A DNA stretch of 42,912 nucleotides from Patescibacteria group bacterium (GCA_041917855.1 JAYRWT010000072.1:1-42912); one strand, 5' to 3'. Positions 25,921 through 34,033 are shown, counted from the stretch's first letter. Translations and numbers: made by a program. The notes: generated from the letters alone by a model not told the origin.

Positions 25921-25948
25921 TTGATATGGGTCACATATCTGCTACGAT
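25921..25948 (+). promoter_or_regulatory. Candidate promoter of leader RNA copy 2
   Basis: TTGATA (25921-25926), a 16-nt spacer, then TACGAT (25943-25948). The predicted start near 25955 coincides with the first base of the outer stem. Confidence 0.4.
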
Positions 25949-25953
25949 ACAAG

Positions 25954-26090
25954 TGTCTGGATCAACAACTTGTTGTAAACACCTACCCATCTTTTGGGAG
26001 TGGTTGTAGCCAAAAACGGGCAACCACTCAACAAGCATCAGGCTACAACCTGTTGTTGGTCCAGACAACCTAGAGTGGTTGTCCTTTTTA
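25954..26090 (+). ncRNA. Structured cis-regulatory leader RNA, copy 2
   Basis: Outer stem 25954-25969/26052-26067 (16 bp). Inner hairpin 25998-26006/26021-26029. Terminator 26064-26070/26077-26083 plus TTTTT. The alternative pairing 26018-26029/26073-26084 is also possible. Confidence 0.6.
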
Positions 26091-26119
26091 TTTATTCGTA
26101 ACCAAAGAAAGGAGCCTAT

Positions 26120-26578
26120 ATGGCAGATGGAGAAAAGAAACCAATTTACAAGAAGTGGTGGTTCTGGGTACTGGCCGTGCTAATACTCGGAGCGATCGCT
26201 TCAAGCAGTAACAAAAGCAATACCGAAACGGTGACCAGCACCGGAGAGAAGACCACTACCAGTTCGGGTGAGCAGACGGCTGCTTCTACCGGGACCCCAG
26301 TACCAGCTAAGGAGAAGATAACTATCTCCAACAGCGCCTACAAGGACAAGGGGTACGGCATGTATACCGTCGTCGGAGAAGCCACCAATAACGACTCGAC
26401 CAAGCATACTATGACACTGAAGGCCACCTTCTACGACGCGAATGGGAAGATCCTCGGCACCGCCTCGGGAGCCCTTAACGACCTGGAAGCCGGCCAGACC
26501 AAGACATTTGAACTGCTGACTACCGATACTGTCACTGGTTACAAGGACATGAAGGTCCAGGTAGACAGCCTGTTCTAG
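26120..26578 (+). CDS. FxLYD-domain membrane-anchored protein
   Basis: N-terminal TM helix, S/T-rich linker, and a C-terminal beta-rich domain with TFYDANGKILG...GQTKTFEL, typical of FxLYD domains. AGGAG lies 7 nt upstream of the ATG. Confidence 0.75.
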   Translation: MADGEKKPIYKKWWFWVLAVLILGAIASSSNKSNTETVTSTGEKTTTSSGEQTAASTGTPVPAKEKITISNSAYKDKGYGMYTVVGEATNNDSTKHTMTLKATFYDANGKILGTASGALNDLEAGQTKTFELLTTDTVTGYKDMKVQVDSLF

Positions 26579-26585
26579 TCAAACG

Positions 26586-26617
26586 AAAAAGAGCCATTTG
26601 AATGCAGGCTCTTTTTC
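26586..26617. terminator. Bidirectional rho-independent terminator
   Basis: AAAAAGAGCC pairs with GGCTCTTTTT around a 12-nt loop, between convergent genes. Confidence 0.75.
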
Positions 26618-26621
26618 GTGC

Positions 26622-26837
26622 TCAGATCCGTGGGAACGGCAGACTTACCATCAGGTTGTTGACCTTCTGGAAAAGACGCTCCGTCTCGTAGGCCGGTCCC
26701 GCAACTTGCTCGGGGAACTCCTGGTCCCACGGCAGTTCGGATCTGAGCACTGCCAACCTTTTTCCCATGTACTCCAGGTTCGCTACCACGTCCTCCAGGC
26801 AGTGCCTGAGGGTCTCGATATCCGGTTCTTTTTCCAT
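26622..26837 (-). CDS. Hypothetical small protein (71 aa)
   Basis: AAAGGAGAG lies upstream of the ATG. It sits downstream of terL on the same strand. Confidence 0.5.
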   Translation of the reverse strand: MEKEPDIETLRHCLEDVVANLEYMGKRLAVLRSELPWDQEFPEQVAGPAYETERLFQKVNNLMVSLPFPRI

Positions 26838-26919
26838 ATCTCTCCTTTCGCTGGTTAATTATTGATCACTACAACAGGTGCCAGGAAGGGCTGGTGAAGT
26901 CCAGCCCTGTCCCGGTTTC

Positions 26920-28497
26920 CTAGCCAATCATCCTATTCCAGGTCCTGCCCGATCGCCGCCTGCCAAAGGTGAGCGGCCTATGGTCGATTCCGAAGCTCAG
27001 GCGGTCGTCACGGTCTGCCCAATCCTCGTCATCGTCGTCCCGATCGAAGGGTACGAAGAAGATGCCGAAGCTACTGCCCTTGTTCTCCTCGATCGCCTTA
27101 AGCACCAGGATGGCGAAGGCATCGGCCAGGTCGTCGTGCTTTTCCACCCCGAAGCCGGTCAGCTGCTCGATCAGGCGCTCGCAGCCGGTCCTCGGGAACT
27201 TTACCCCTCCCGACTGGATGAGCGAGGTGGTAAGAGCCAGTCGGCTCCGCTTGTCGCTTGTTCCCACCTGCACCCCTTCGGCGTCGAAGTCCTCGAGCTC
27301 AAGCTGCTGGATGAAGGCCTTCTGGTAGCCTACCTCCTCAATGTACAGCTTGGTCTTCTCGCCCCTGCCCAAGGTCACCGATACCGCCTTCGCCCGCTTG
27401 AGTGTCTCCGGAAAGTCCATCCGCTCGTTCACCGGATTGGGGACGATGTAGATTACCTGCTCCGTGCCATACCCGAAGGTGTGCCCCGACACCATCGCCG
27501 TGTAGTCCGCCGACGCCTTCTCGGAGATCGCAAGGTCGATACCCGTGGCCGAGTAGTTCAAAGTAACGCCGGAGCCTGGAGCTGGAAGCTCGTCGTAGTA
27601 CTGTATCCACTCGGGTCTGATTACCCGGTCCTCATCGGCGATGATCCGAAGCAAATACTCCCGCTGCCACGCCGACTCCGAGCCGGTGTTCCGGCGCATC
27701 TCGTCAATCAGGTCCTGGGTTCCGTACTTTCCCGGCCAGAGGCTGATCCCGTCGTTATCCAGTAGCGGATAGCCTTTGAACACACCGTCCATCAGGTTTT
27801 CCTCGATCCGCTTGCGAAGCCGCATCAGCAAGGAATCCTCATGCAGCAAATTTCCAACAATAACTCTTTTCGTATTCTGGTCGCCGCAGGGAATCACCTC
27901 TCCCGTTAACCAGTCATAGGTCTTGTTCCTGCCCTCTCTCGTCTTTACCGACTGCAGGTCCTCCACGTCATCGCAGATGATCAAATCAGGCCTATACTGC
28001 CCGTGTTTGATTCCCCGAATGCTCGTTTCCGAAGATGCGGCCATGATCTTTGCCCCGAACTTCGGCAGTACCAAGGCGGTCACGCCCCACTCGTCTGACT
28101 GGTACTCAAACGGACCCAGGTCGGCCCTTAAGAGTTCGTTCGTTTCCAATTCTCTTTTCAAATTGACCAGGTGCTGCCTGGCCTGCTGCTGGGTCTGGGA
28201 CAATATTAGTACGAATTTTTTCCCTTGCTTGCCCGTAACCGCCCAGATGGGGTAGCTGAGGGTGAATATCGTGCTTTTGGCCGATCCTCGGAAAGCCACA
28301 ATCACGGCAGTTTTCAGGTCCCGGTTTTCCGTAATCTCGAACATCTCCCGTTGGAACGGGGCGGTCTCATGGGTGACGTACTGGGAGAAGTAGAGGTGGA
28401 AGAACCAGTAATGGCTCTGGGCCGCTACCTCTTTCCTGACTTTGCGCTGGGTCCTGATCTGCTCCAAGGCCGGTGCGGGCAATAGTGTGTTTTCCAT
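26920..28497 (-). CDS. Phage terminase large subunit (TerL)
   Basis: Walker A-like FRGSAKST, Walker B LIICDDVED, and a C-terminal RNaseH-like nuclease region with DDLADAF. Confidence 0.85.
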   Translation of the reverse strand: MENTLLPAPALEQIRTQRKVRKEVAAQSHYWFFHLYFSQYVTHETAPFQREMFEITENRDLKTAVIVAFRGSAKSTIFTLSYPIWAVTGKQGKKFVLILSQTQQQARQHLVNLKRELETNELLRADLGPFEYQSDEWGVTALVLPKFGAKIMAASSETSIRGIKHGQYRPDLIICDDVEDLQSVKTREGRNKTYDWLTGEVIPCGDQNTKRVIVGNLLHEDSLLMRLRKRIEENLMDGVFKGYPLLDNDGISLWPGKYGTQDLIDEMRRNTGSESAWQREYLLRIIADEDRVIRPEWIQYYDELPAPGSGVTLNYSATGIDLAISEKASADYTAMVSGHTFGYGTEQVIYIVPNPVNERMDFPETLKRAKAVSVTLGRGEKTKLYIEEVGYQKAFIQQLELEDFDAEGVQVGTSDKRSRLALTTSLIQSGGVKFPRTGCERLIEQLTGFGVEKHDDLADAFAILVLKAIEENKGSSFGIFFVPFDRDDDDEDWADRDDRLSFGIDHRPLTFGRRRSGRTWNRMIG

Positions 28498-28501
28498 AGG
28501 G

Positions 28502-28945
28502 TTATTCGTTACTAATAGATGGTTCGTTAGTTAAGCTCGCAAGCCGCAATGCCTGCATCACGGTTTCCGCCTGCTCAGGAGTCAGTTCTTCGGGAACCGA
28601 CTTCAGGTGGGCGTTCACCTCCACCTTGGTGGCGTAGGCCGGGTGGTGGTGCTTGAGCCAGAAGATGATGGCGGTCAGGTTCTTGTCCCGGATCGCCGCC
28701 ATCAGCTGAGACTCGGCCATGTCGTTTACAAGCAAGTTTCCATCGAGCAACGCTTCGTCCACCTTCTCTCCAAACTCCTTGTCTTCCTTCTTCCAGCGGT
28801 AAAACGAGGTTCTGCCGATCCCCACTTTCTCGCAGGCCACCTGGACTATGGGAGTCTTTTTTAATTGCTCCAACAGGGCCGCTTTGGCAGTTTCCTGCTT
28901 TTGCTCCACCACGCCCTTCGGTGGGACTTCGCGGGAAGTATTCAT
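28502..28945 (-). CDS. Terminase small subunit-like HTH protein B
   Basis: HTH IVQVACEKVGIGRTSFYRWKKEDKEFGEKV. It lies directly upstream of terL, and its start overlaps the upstream stop (ATGA). Confidence 0.6.
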   Translation of the reverse strand: MNTSREVPPKGVVEQKQETAKAALLEQLKKTPIVQVACEKVGIGRTSFYRWKKEDKEFGEKVDEALLDGNLLVNDMAESQLMAAIRDKNLTAIIFWLKHHHPAYATKVEVNAHLKSVPEELTPEQAETVMQALRLASLTNEPSISNE

Positions 28946-29724
28946 ACTCCCTCCTTCCTGGCCTTGATCCCGGTGGCCTTCTCAAACCGGTCTATAATTA
29001 CCCGGCAGTATCCCGGGTCAAGCTCGGCCATCAGGCACTTTCGCTTGGTATCCTCACAGGCGATAAGAGTTGAGCCTGAGCCGCCGAAGCAGTCGTACAC
29101 CGTGGCTCCCACCTTGGTGCTGTTCAAGATCAGTCTCCTGAGAAGTCCTACCGGCTTGATGGTCGGATGGACCTTGTTCTTGGTAGGCTTCGGATAAATC
29201 AGGATCGATTTGTCCTTGGCTTTCCGGAATTCGTGGGTCCCGATCCAGCCGTAGGCCAGGAGCTCGTGCTGCGGTAAGTAGTCGAGCCTACCCACTACTG
29301 CTTGCGTCTTAAGCCAGATCAAAAGCTGGGCGAAGTGGCACCCCGCGTCCAGCATTCCGTCCCTCAGGGCGAACAGCATCTTGTCCGAGTTGAAGACGTA
29401 GATACTGTTCTTCTTGGAGAGGTAAGGCTTGACCGCTTCCAGCCAGTCTTTGGTGAATTTGCGGTAGTCGGCGTCGCTCTGGAGGTGGTCGCCGGCGATT
29501 ACTTTGTGGGAACTGGTGTGATCCCCGAAGCCTTTCTTTCCCTCCACCACGGCAACTCCGTAGGGAGGGTCTGAGAGGATAAGGTCGACTTTGGCATCGC
29601 CAACCAGTTTCGCTATTACGGCAGGATCAGTCGCGTCGCCGCAGATAAGCCTGTGCACACCAAGTGTGAACACATCACCCGGGCTGATTAACAATTTTTC
29701 CTTGGTTTGGGTTAGAGTTTTCAT
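28942..29724 (-). CDS. Beta-class DNA methyltransferase (N6-adenine or N4-cytosine)
   Basis: LSDPPYGV motif IV precedes the C-terminal DCFGGSGSTLIACE motif I. Confidence 0.88.
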   Translation of the reverse strand: MKTLTQTKEKLLISPGDVFTLGVHRLICGDATDPAVIAKLVGDAKVDLILSDPPYGVAVVEGKKGFGDHTSSHKVIAGDHLQSDADYRKFTKDWLEAVKPYLSKKNSIYVFNSDKMLFALRDGMLDAGCHFAQLLIWLKTQAVVGRLDYLPQHELLAYGWIGTHEFRKAKDKSILIYPKPTKNKVHPTIKPVGLLRRLILNSTKVGATVYDCFGGSGSTLIACEDTKRKCLMAELDPGYCRVIIDRFEKATGIKARKEGV

Positions 29725-29729
29725 AGTAG

Positions 29730-31025
29730 TTACTTACTGATCAGCTTTGGCTTAATACCAGTCGCTTCCTCAAAACGCTCCAAAATGACCTGGCAGAATA
29801 CAGGATCGAGCTCGCAGGTGTAGCACGTCCGCTTCATCTGCTCGCAGGCAATCAGGGTGGAGCCTGATCCGGCAAAGAGGTCGAGTACGATGTCGCCCAC
29901 CTTGGTGCATCTGCGGAGCGGCTTCTCATGGAGCGTCACCGGTTTTTCCGTGGGGTGGATATACTCCTGCCCTGGCAGCCGCTTCACCAGCCAGATATTC
30001 AAGAGGTCCAGGATGTCGTCGATAGCCCGGTTTCCTGTGTCGACCTCCTTGTTCAGGATCTCTGTTAAGTTCTGGGCCTTATTCGAGAGAAATGGTTTAC
30101 CACGGGTTCCGTACACCACCGGCTCGTAGAGTTTGTTGAATGCCACCTGTGGGGTCATATTGAGATTATTTTTCACCCAGAGGCAGACCCGCTTGCTCGA
30201 TATGCCGAGTTCTTCATAGAGGCCCTGCACCATGCCGATATACGTCTCGTCACAGTAGTAGAAGTAGTGAGCATCGGCTTCCGATACCGCCAGGGCGTTC
30301 TCAATAGTTTTCTTCAGAAACTCTCGATACTCTGCAGAAGTCTTTTTGTCCTGCTCCTGGCCGCCGTACTTGCCGGAGGTGGAAATGCCCTTCGAATAGT
30401 CCAGCTTGATGTTGTACGGGGGGTCGGAGTAGACCATGCTGGCTTTCTTGCCGCCCATCAGGCGCTCTATTTGCCCTAAGTCTGTGGAGTCGCCGCAGAG
30501 CAAAAAGTGTGAACCGAGAGCATAGAGGTCGCCGAGCTTCACGGTCGGGCTCTTGATCTCCTTCAGCTTTTTCTCCAAATCAAATCCGTCCGCTTCCGTC
30601 TCAAGCTGGTCCCAAATGGGGGCCAGGTCCGAGTCGTCGAAGCCCACATCTAAAAGAAGGTTGATGTCGAATTCTTTCAGAAGCTCGAAGTCCCACTGGC
30701 CGGTGTTTCGGTTGAGCCGCAGGTTCAGCTCCCTCTCCTTTTCCAGGTCTGGAATTTTCACGTAGACGACTGGCACTTCTGAATATCCCAACTCCTTGGC
30801 CACGAAGAGCCGGAAGTGGCCGCCAATCACGACGTTTTCCCTGCCTGGTGCACGGTTCACGATTACCGGATCGATGATGCCGAAGCGGGTAATGCTTTCC
30901 TTAAGCTGGCTGATGGACGCCTGGTCCCACTTCCTGGGGTTGTACTCCGCACTCCTTAGCTCACCGATCTTCACATAGCTGACGGAGAGCCTATCGTCAG
31001 CTGCCGATTGCAAGGTCTTTTCCAT
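29730..31025 (-). CDS. ParB-like N-terminal domain fused to a beta-class DNA methyltransferase (B)
   Basis: YNPRKW, GGHFRL, SDPPYNIKLDY and DLFAGSGSTLIACE. The ATG at 31025 follows AGGAAAGGA; the track start at 31061 lies inside the upstream terminator. Confidence 0.9.
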   Translation of the reverse strand: MEKTLQSAADDRLSVSYVKIGELRSAEYNPRKWDQASISQLKESITRFGIIDPVIVNRAPGRENVVIGGHFRLFVAKELGYSEVPVVYVKIPDLEKERELNLRLNRNTGQWDFELLKEFDINLLLDVGFDDSDLAPIWDQLETEADGFDLEKKLKEIKSPTVKLGDLYALGSHFLLCGDSTDLGQIERLMGGKKASMVYSDPPYNIKLDYSKGISTSGKYGGQEQDKKTSAEYREFLKKTIENALAVSEADAHYFYYCDETYIGMVQGLYEELGISSKRVCLWVKNNLNMTPQVAFNKLYEPVVYGTRGKPFLSNKAQNLTEILNKEVDTGNRAIDDILDLLNIWLVKRLPGQEYIHPTEKPVTLHEKPLRRCTKVGDIVLDLFAGSGSTLIACEQMKRTCYTCELDPVFCQVILERFEEATGIKPKLISK

Positions 31026-31050
31026 ATATTTCCTTTCCTGGTTACTTACT

Positions 31051-31077
31051 AAAAAACTCACCTTCTTATGAGGTGAG
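31051..31077 (-). terminator. Rho-independent terminator (minus strand)
   Basis: CTCACCT (31057-31063) pairs with AGGTGAG (31071-31077). The A6 run at 31051-31056 is the T tract on the minus strand. Confidence 0.65.
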
Positions 31078-31112
31078 CCTAACCTAGGTGGTTTGGGGAA
31101 TAACAGGAACTT

Positions 31113-31754
31113 TTAGGGAATCTTGGGGAATTCTTTCAGTTGGACTGTGTCCTTCAGGTATACCCTGCCTCCCCGACAACGGAGCTTTCCCTGTAACTTC
31201 GTGGTCTTCTTAATGGCCTTTAAGGATTCGTGTAATAGGATGGTGGCCTCGGCTGAGTTCGGCTTGATTCCCAGGTAACCAAGCGCCTCTTCACGCGGCA
31301 TTGAACCGCTAGCTACCAAATGGGCGAAGAACTGCCCGTAGGTAGGGTTAGAGAAGTAGAAATCCTTCCCATTTATCGAGCCTTCTGCAGTTACCGGAGA
31401 GTACGTATTAGCCGGAAGCTGAGGCAGCAGGATCTGTCCGCTTGGCTGGACCGCCACTCGTGGTCCCACTTCTTGGCCCGGCGGGATGGCCGGCAACTGC
31501 TCCAGGACGATCCGCATGGTGGGAAGCGTAACCCGCAAGGCTTCGGACAGCTGGACGGCGATCCGCTCCTGCCACTGGCGCATGGCCTCAACCATACGCA
31601 TGATCGGCTCGGCAACGATCCTGGCCCAATCCACCATCTTGATGATCTGCTGTGCCCACCCCTCAATCCGCCGGTGCAGAATCACCAGGTGCTCTATGTC
31701 CCTTGGGGAAAGAACGTAGCGGTCAGTCCGGACTGTTAGGGATGAGGTAGTCAT
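31113..31754 (-). CDS. Hypothetical protein (213 aa), divergent from the repressor gene
   Basis: Long ORF with no recognised motif. It appears to be leaderless, with TACCAT ending 6 nt before the ATG. Confidence 0.6.
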   Translation of the reverse strand: MTTSSLTVRTDRYVLSPRDIEHLVILHRRIEGWAQQIIKMVDWARIVAEPIMRMVEAMRQWQERIAVQLSEALRVTLPTMRIVLEQLPAIPPGQEVGPRVAVQPSGQILLPQLPANTYSPVTAEGSINGKDFYFSNPTYGQFFAHLVASGSMPREEALGYLGIKPNSAEATILLHESLKAIKKTTKLQGKLRCRGGRVYLKDTVQLKEFPKIP

Positions 31755-31760
31755 ACCGCT

Positions 31761-31789
31761 ATGGTACTACAATACGGCCCTGCTGTAAA
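31761..31789 (-). promoter_or_regulatory. Leftward promoter of the divergent switch region (leaderless)
   Basis: On the minus strand: TTTACA (31789-31784), a 17-nt spacer, then TACCAT (31766-31761), then 6 nt to the ATG at 31754. Confidence 0.5.
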
Positions 31790-31800
31790 CGACTTTTACA
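31784..31800. promoter_or_regulatory. Palindromic operator candidate
   Basis: TGTAAA-cgact-TTTACA. Its left arm is the -35 of the leftward promoter. Confidence 0.5.
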
Positions 31801-31807
31801 CACGTTA

Positions 31808-31836
31808 TTCACAAGTTGTACACACCCTGCTATAGT
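31808..31836 (+). promoter_or_regulatory. Rightward promoter of the repressor-CBASS operon (leaderless)
   Basis: TTCACA (31808-31813), a 17-nt spacer, then TATAGT (31831-31836), then 6 nt to the ATG at 31843, with no Shine-Dalgarno sequence. Confidence 0.55.
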
Positions 31837-31842
31837 TAGCTC

Positions 31843-32484
31843 ATGAACACCATCCAAGACCGCCTCCTCTCCCTTGCGAGCCAGCACGACCTCAGCAAAC
31901 TGAGCCTTAGACAGATCGCCAAGATGGCAGGCGTCGAGCACGCCCAGACCGTCAAATACCACCTGAAAAAGCTGGTGGACGCTGGGAAGATCCGAAGCGT
32001 AGGCGGTGCGATCAAGGTGGTAAGCCGAGGGGTTGAGGGAAGCCTCCTTTCCCTACCAATACTTGGGAGCGCTAACTGCGGGACTGCTGCACGATTCGCT
32101 GAAGAGCAGGTAGAAGGCTTCATCCAGGTATCCTCCAGGCTGCTGCCGTCCAGCCGAGACCTGTTCGTAGTCCGGGCCGTCGGCAATTCCATGAACCAGG
32201 CAGATATTTCCGGTCGCACGATTGAGGACGGCGACTACGTGGTGGTGAAGAATACCACCGAGGCTCCCTGCAATGGTGACTATGTCCTCTCGATCATTGG
32301 CGGCTGCGCCAACATAAAGCGGTTTTACCAGGATACCACCCACGAAACCGTCCTGCTCATCTCAGAATCAACTGAGAAGGAGCTACACCCACCTATCGCC
32401 ATCCACCCCGAGGACGATTATATAGTGAACGGCAGGGTCGTGAATGTGATCAAGATGCAGGCAGTGGCCGGAGGGGAAGCATGA
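31843..32484 (+). CDS. LexA/CI-type repressor (winged-helix DNA-binding domain plus S24 self-cleaving peptidase)
   Basis: N-terminal LexA-type wHTH (LSLRQIAKMAGVEHAQTVKYHLKKLVDAGKI), a linker (PILGSANCGTAARFAEE), the Ser nucleophile motif GNSM and the Lys motif ANIKRF. Confidence 0.85.
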   Translation: MNTIQDRLLSLASQHDLSKLSLRQIAKMAGVEHAQTVKYHLKKLVDAGKIRSVGGAIKVVSRGVEGSLLSLPILGSANCGTAARFAEEQVEGFIQVSSRLLPSSRDLFVVRAVGNSMNQADISGRTIEDGDYVVVKNTTEAPCNGDYVLSIIGGCANIKRFYQDTTHETVLLISESTEKELHPPIAIHPEDDYIVNGRVVNVIKMQAVAGGEA

Positions 32485-33407
32485 CCGAGGCCGAATTTGA
32501 AGCATTGCTCAGGAATTGGTCAGGACCCTCAAGCGACACCGAGCAGGAGAAGCAGGAAAACGCCGAACGTCTTATCGGGGAAGCCATCCGTGAGCATGAA
32601 GGATTGGCTGCAAGGAACGTCCAGGTATTTGCCCAAGGCTCATACCGCAACAATACCAACGTAAGGCAGGACAGCGACGTCGACATCTGTGTCTGCCTGT
32701 ACGATTCGTTCTTTTACGACCACTCCTCCCTGCCCGCATTCAGCACCAGCGAGGCAGGCATATCGGACAATCCCTACCCTTATAACCAGTTCAGGACGGA
32801 CGTACATACCGCACTTATCGACAAGTTCGGCAGACCATCAGTAAAGAACGGGAACAAGGCGTTCGACGTCAAGGAATCCTCAACTCGGATCGCCGCGGAC
32901 GTCGTACCCTGCTTCGAGTACCGCGAGTACACCTTCCGCGATTATAACGGCGTTTATTCTTACGAATCTGGGACCCAGCTCATCACGGGTGAAGGGCAGG
33001 TCATCATCAACTGGCCTGAGCACCATTACCGGAACGGCGTTGCGAAGAACAACGTCACGGGAAAGCGTTTCAAGTCCGTGGTCCGGATTTTGAAGCGACT
33101 GCGCTACCGCATGGCAGACCAGGGAGTATACGCTGCGGACCGGGTTCCTTCCTACCTGGTTGAGTGCCTTGTCTGGAATGTATCTGACGATCTTTTCAAT
33201 GACACCTACCTATCAAAAGACGTTTACAACGTGCTTGCTATTCTAAAGGTCTTCTTGGCAAACCCATACAATTATCCTCACGTAAACAACTTCATGGAGG
33301 TGAATGGCCGCAAGCGCCTCTTCGACCCAGGCCAATCGTGGACACGGGAAGACGCCCTCGCATTCATAAATGCCGCTTACGCCGAATTTGCTAGGATGGC
33401 GCCATGA
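32481..33407 (+). CDS. cdnE: CD-NTase (SMODS nucleotidyltransferase), CdnE-like
   Basis: QGSYRNNTNVRQDSDVDICV (GS...DxD; Asp codons at 32676-32684), a third acidic motif AADVVPCFEY, and later NWPEHHYRNGVAKN and PSYLVECLVWNV, as recalled for clade E cyclases. The start overlaps the repressor stop (ATGA) after GGAGGGGA. Confidence 0.8.
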   Translation: MTEAEFEALLRNWSGPSSDTEQEKQENAERLIGEAIREHEGLAARNVQVFAQGSYRNNTNVRQDSDVDICVCLYDSFFYDHSSLPAFSTSEAGISDNPYPYNQFRTDVHTALIDKFGRPSVKNGNKAFDVKESSTRIAADVVPCFEYREYTFRDYNGVYSYESGTQLITGEGQVIINWPEHHYRNGVAKNNVTGKRFKSVVRILKRLRYRMADQGVYAADRVPSYLVECLVWNVSDDLFNDTYLSKDVYNVLAILKVFLANPYNYPHVNNFMEVNGRKRLFDPGQSWTREDALAFINAAYAEFARMAP

Positions 33408-34033
33408 AGAGCAGCCCAATAACACCCCTTGCCCAAAAGGCCTCGCTATTCTTTTTTGCCCTTTTGTGGGCGGCATTCGTTATCTATAAAAACGAAAGCC
33501 TTACCTTCAACGCTGATTCTCTTATGCAGCTACCTGCCGCCTACGGCGTCTATGTTATATGTACAGAAATCTTCAAAAGGTGGCTGTGGCGCTTGTCCTT
33601 CCTGCGAGGGTGGATAGTTAGGATTCCCAATATCCAGGGAACCTGGTCCGGAACCCTCCAGACCACCTGGAAAGACGCGGACGGCAATACCCCAGGTCCT
33701 ATACCTATTACATTTGCCGTTCGACAAACCTTGGACTCGGTAAGCTGCCGTCTCTATACCCAGGAATCGGGCAGCTACAGCACGTCAGCCCAGATCGAAG
33801 AGGATGACGCGAGTGGCATTTTCCGACTGCATTTCTCCTACCTCAATACCCCGAAGTCATCCGTGCAGCATCGGAGCGAGATCCATGCGGGTGCCGCAGA
33901 CCTGCAGATAATCGAGAAGCCGTCCAAACGTCTCGCTGGCAATTACTGGACGAGCCGAAAGTCCACCGGGGATATGGAGCTGACTTTCAAGTCATCTGAG
34001 ATCGCTCAGCAATTTGAAGATGAATTAGCATAA
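33404..34033 (+). CDS. cap15: Cap15-type (S-2TMbeta) CBASS effector: two N-terminal TM helices plus a beta-rich C-terminal domain
   Basis: The TM helices are ASLFFFALLWAAFVIY and LPAAYGVYVICTEIF. The C-terminal region has GTWSGTL...AGNYWTSRKSTGDMELTF. The start overlaps the cyclase stop (ATGA). Confidence 0.7.
   Translation: MKSSPITPLAQKASLFFFALLWAAFVIYKNESLTFNADSLMQLPAAYGVYVICTEIFKRWLWRLSFLRGWIVRIPNIQGTWSGTLQTTWKDADGNTPGPIPITFAVRQTLDSVSCRLYTQESGSYSTSAQIEEDDASGIFRLHFSYLNTPKSSVQHRSEIHAGAADLQIIEKPSKRLAGNYWTSRKSTGDMELTFKSSEIAQQFEDELA

Noticed and set aside
25888-26073. A 61-aa ORF over leader RNA copy 2, and the ORFs at 6485-6877 (minus) and 6510 (track start) over copy 1.
   Set aside because: They overlap the structured RNA and its terminator and are not conserved between the two copies in any frame. 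The downstream genes have better starts at 6546 and 26120.
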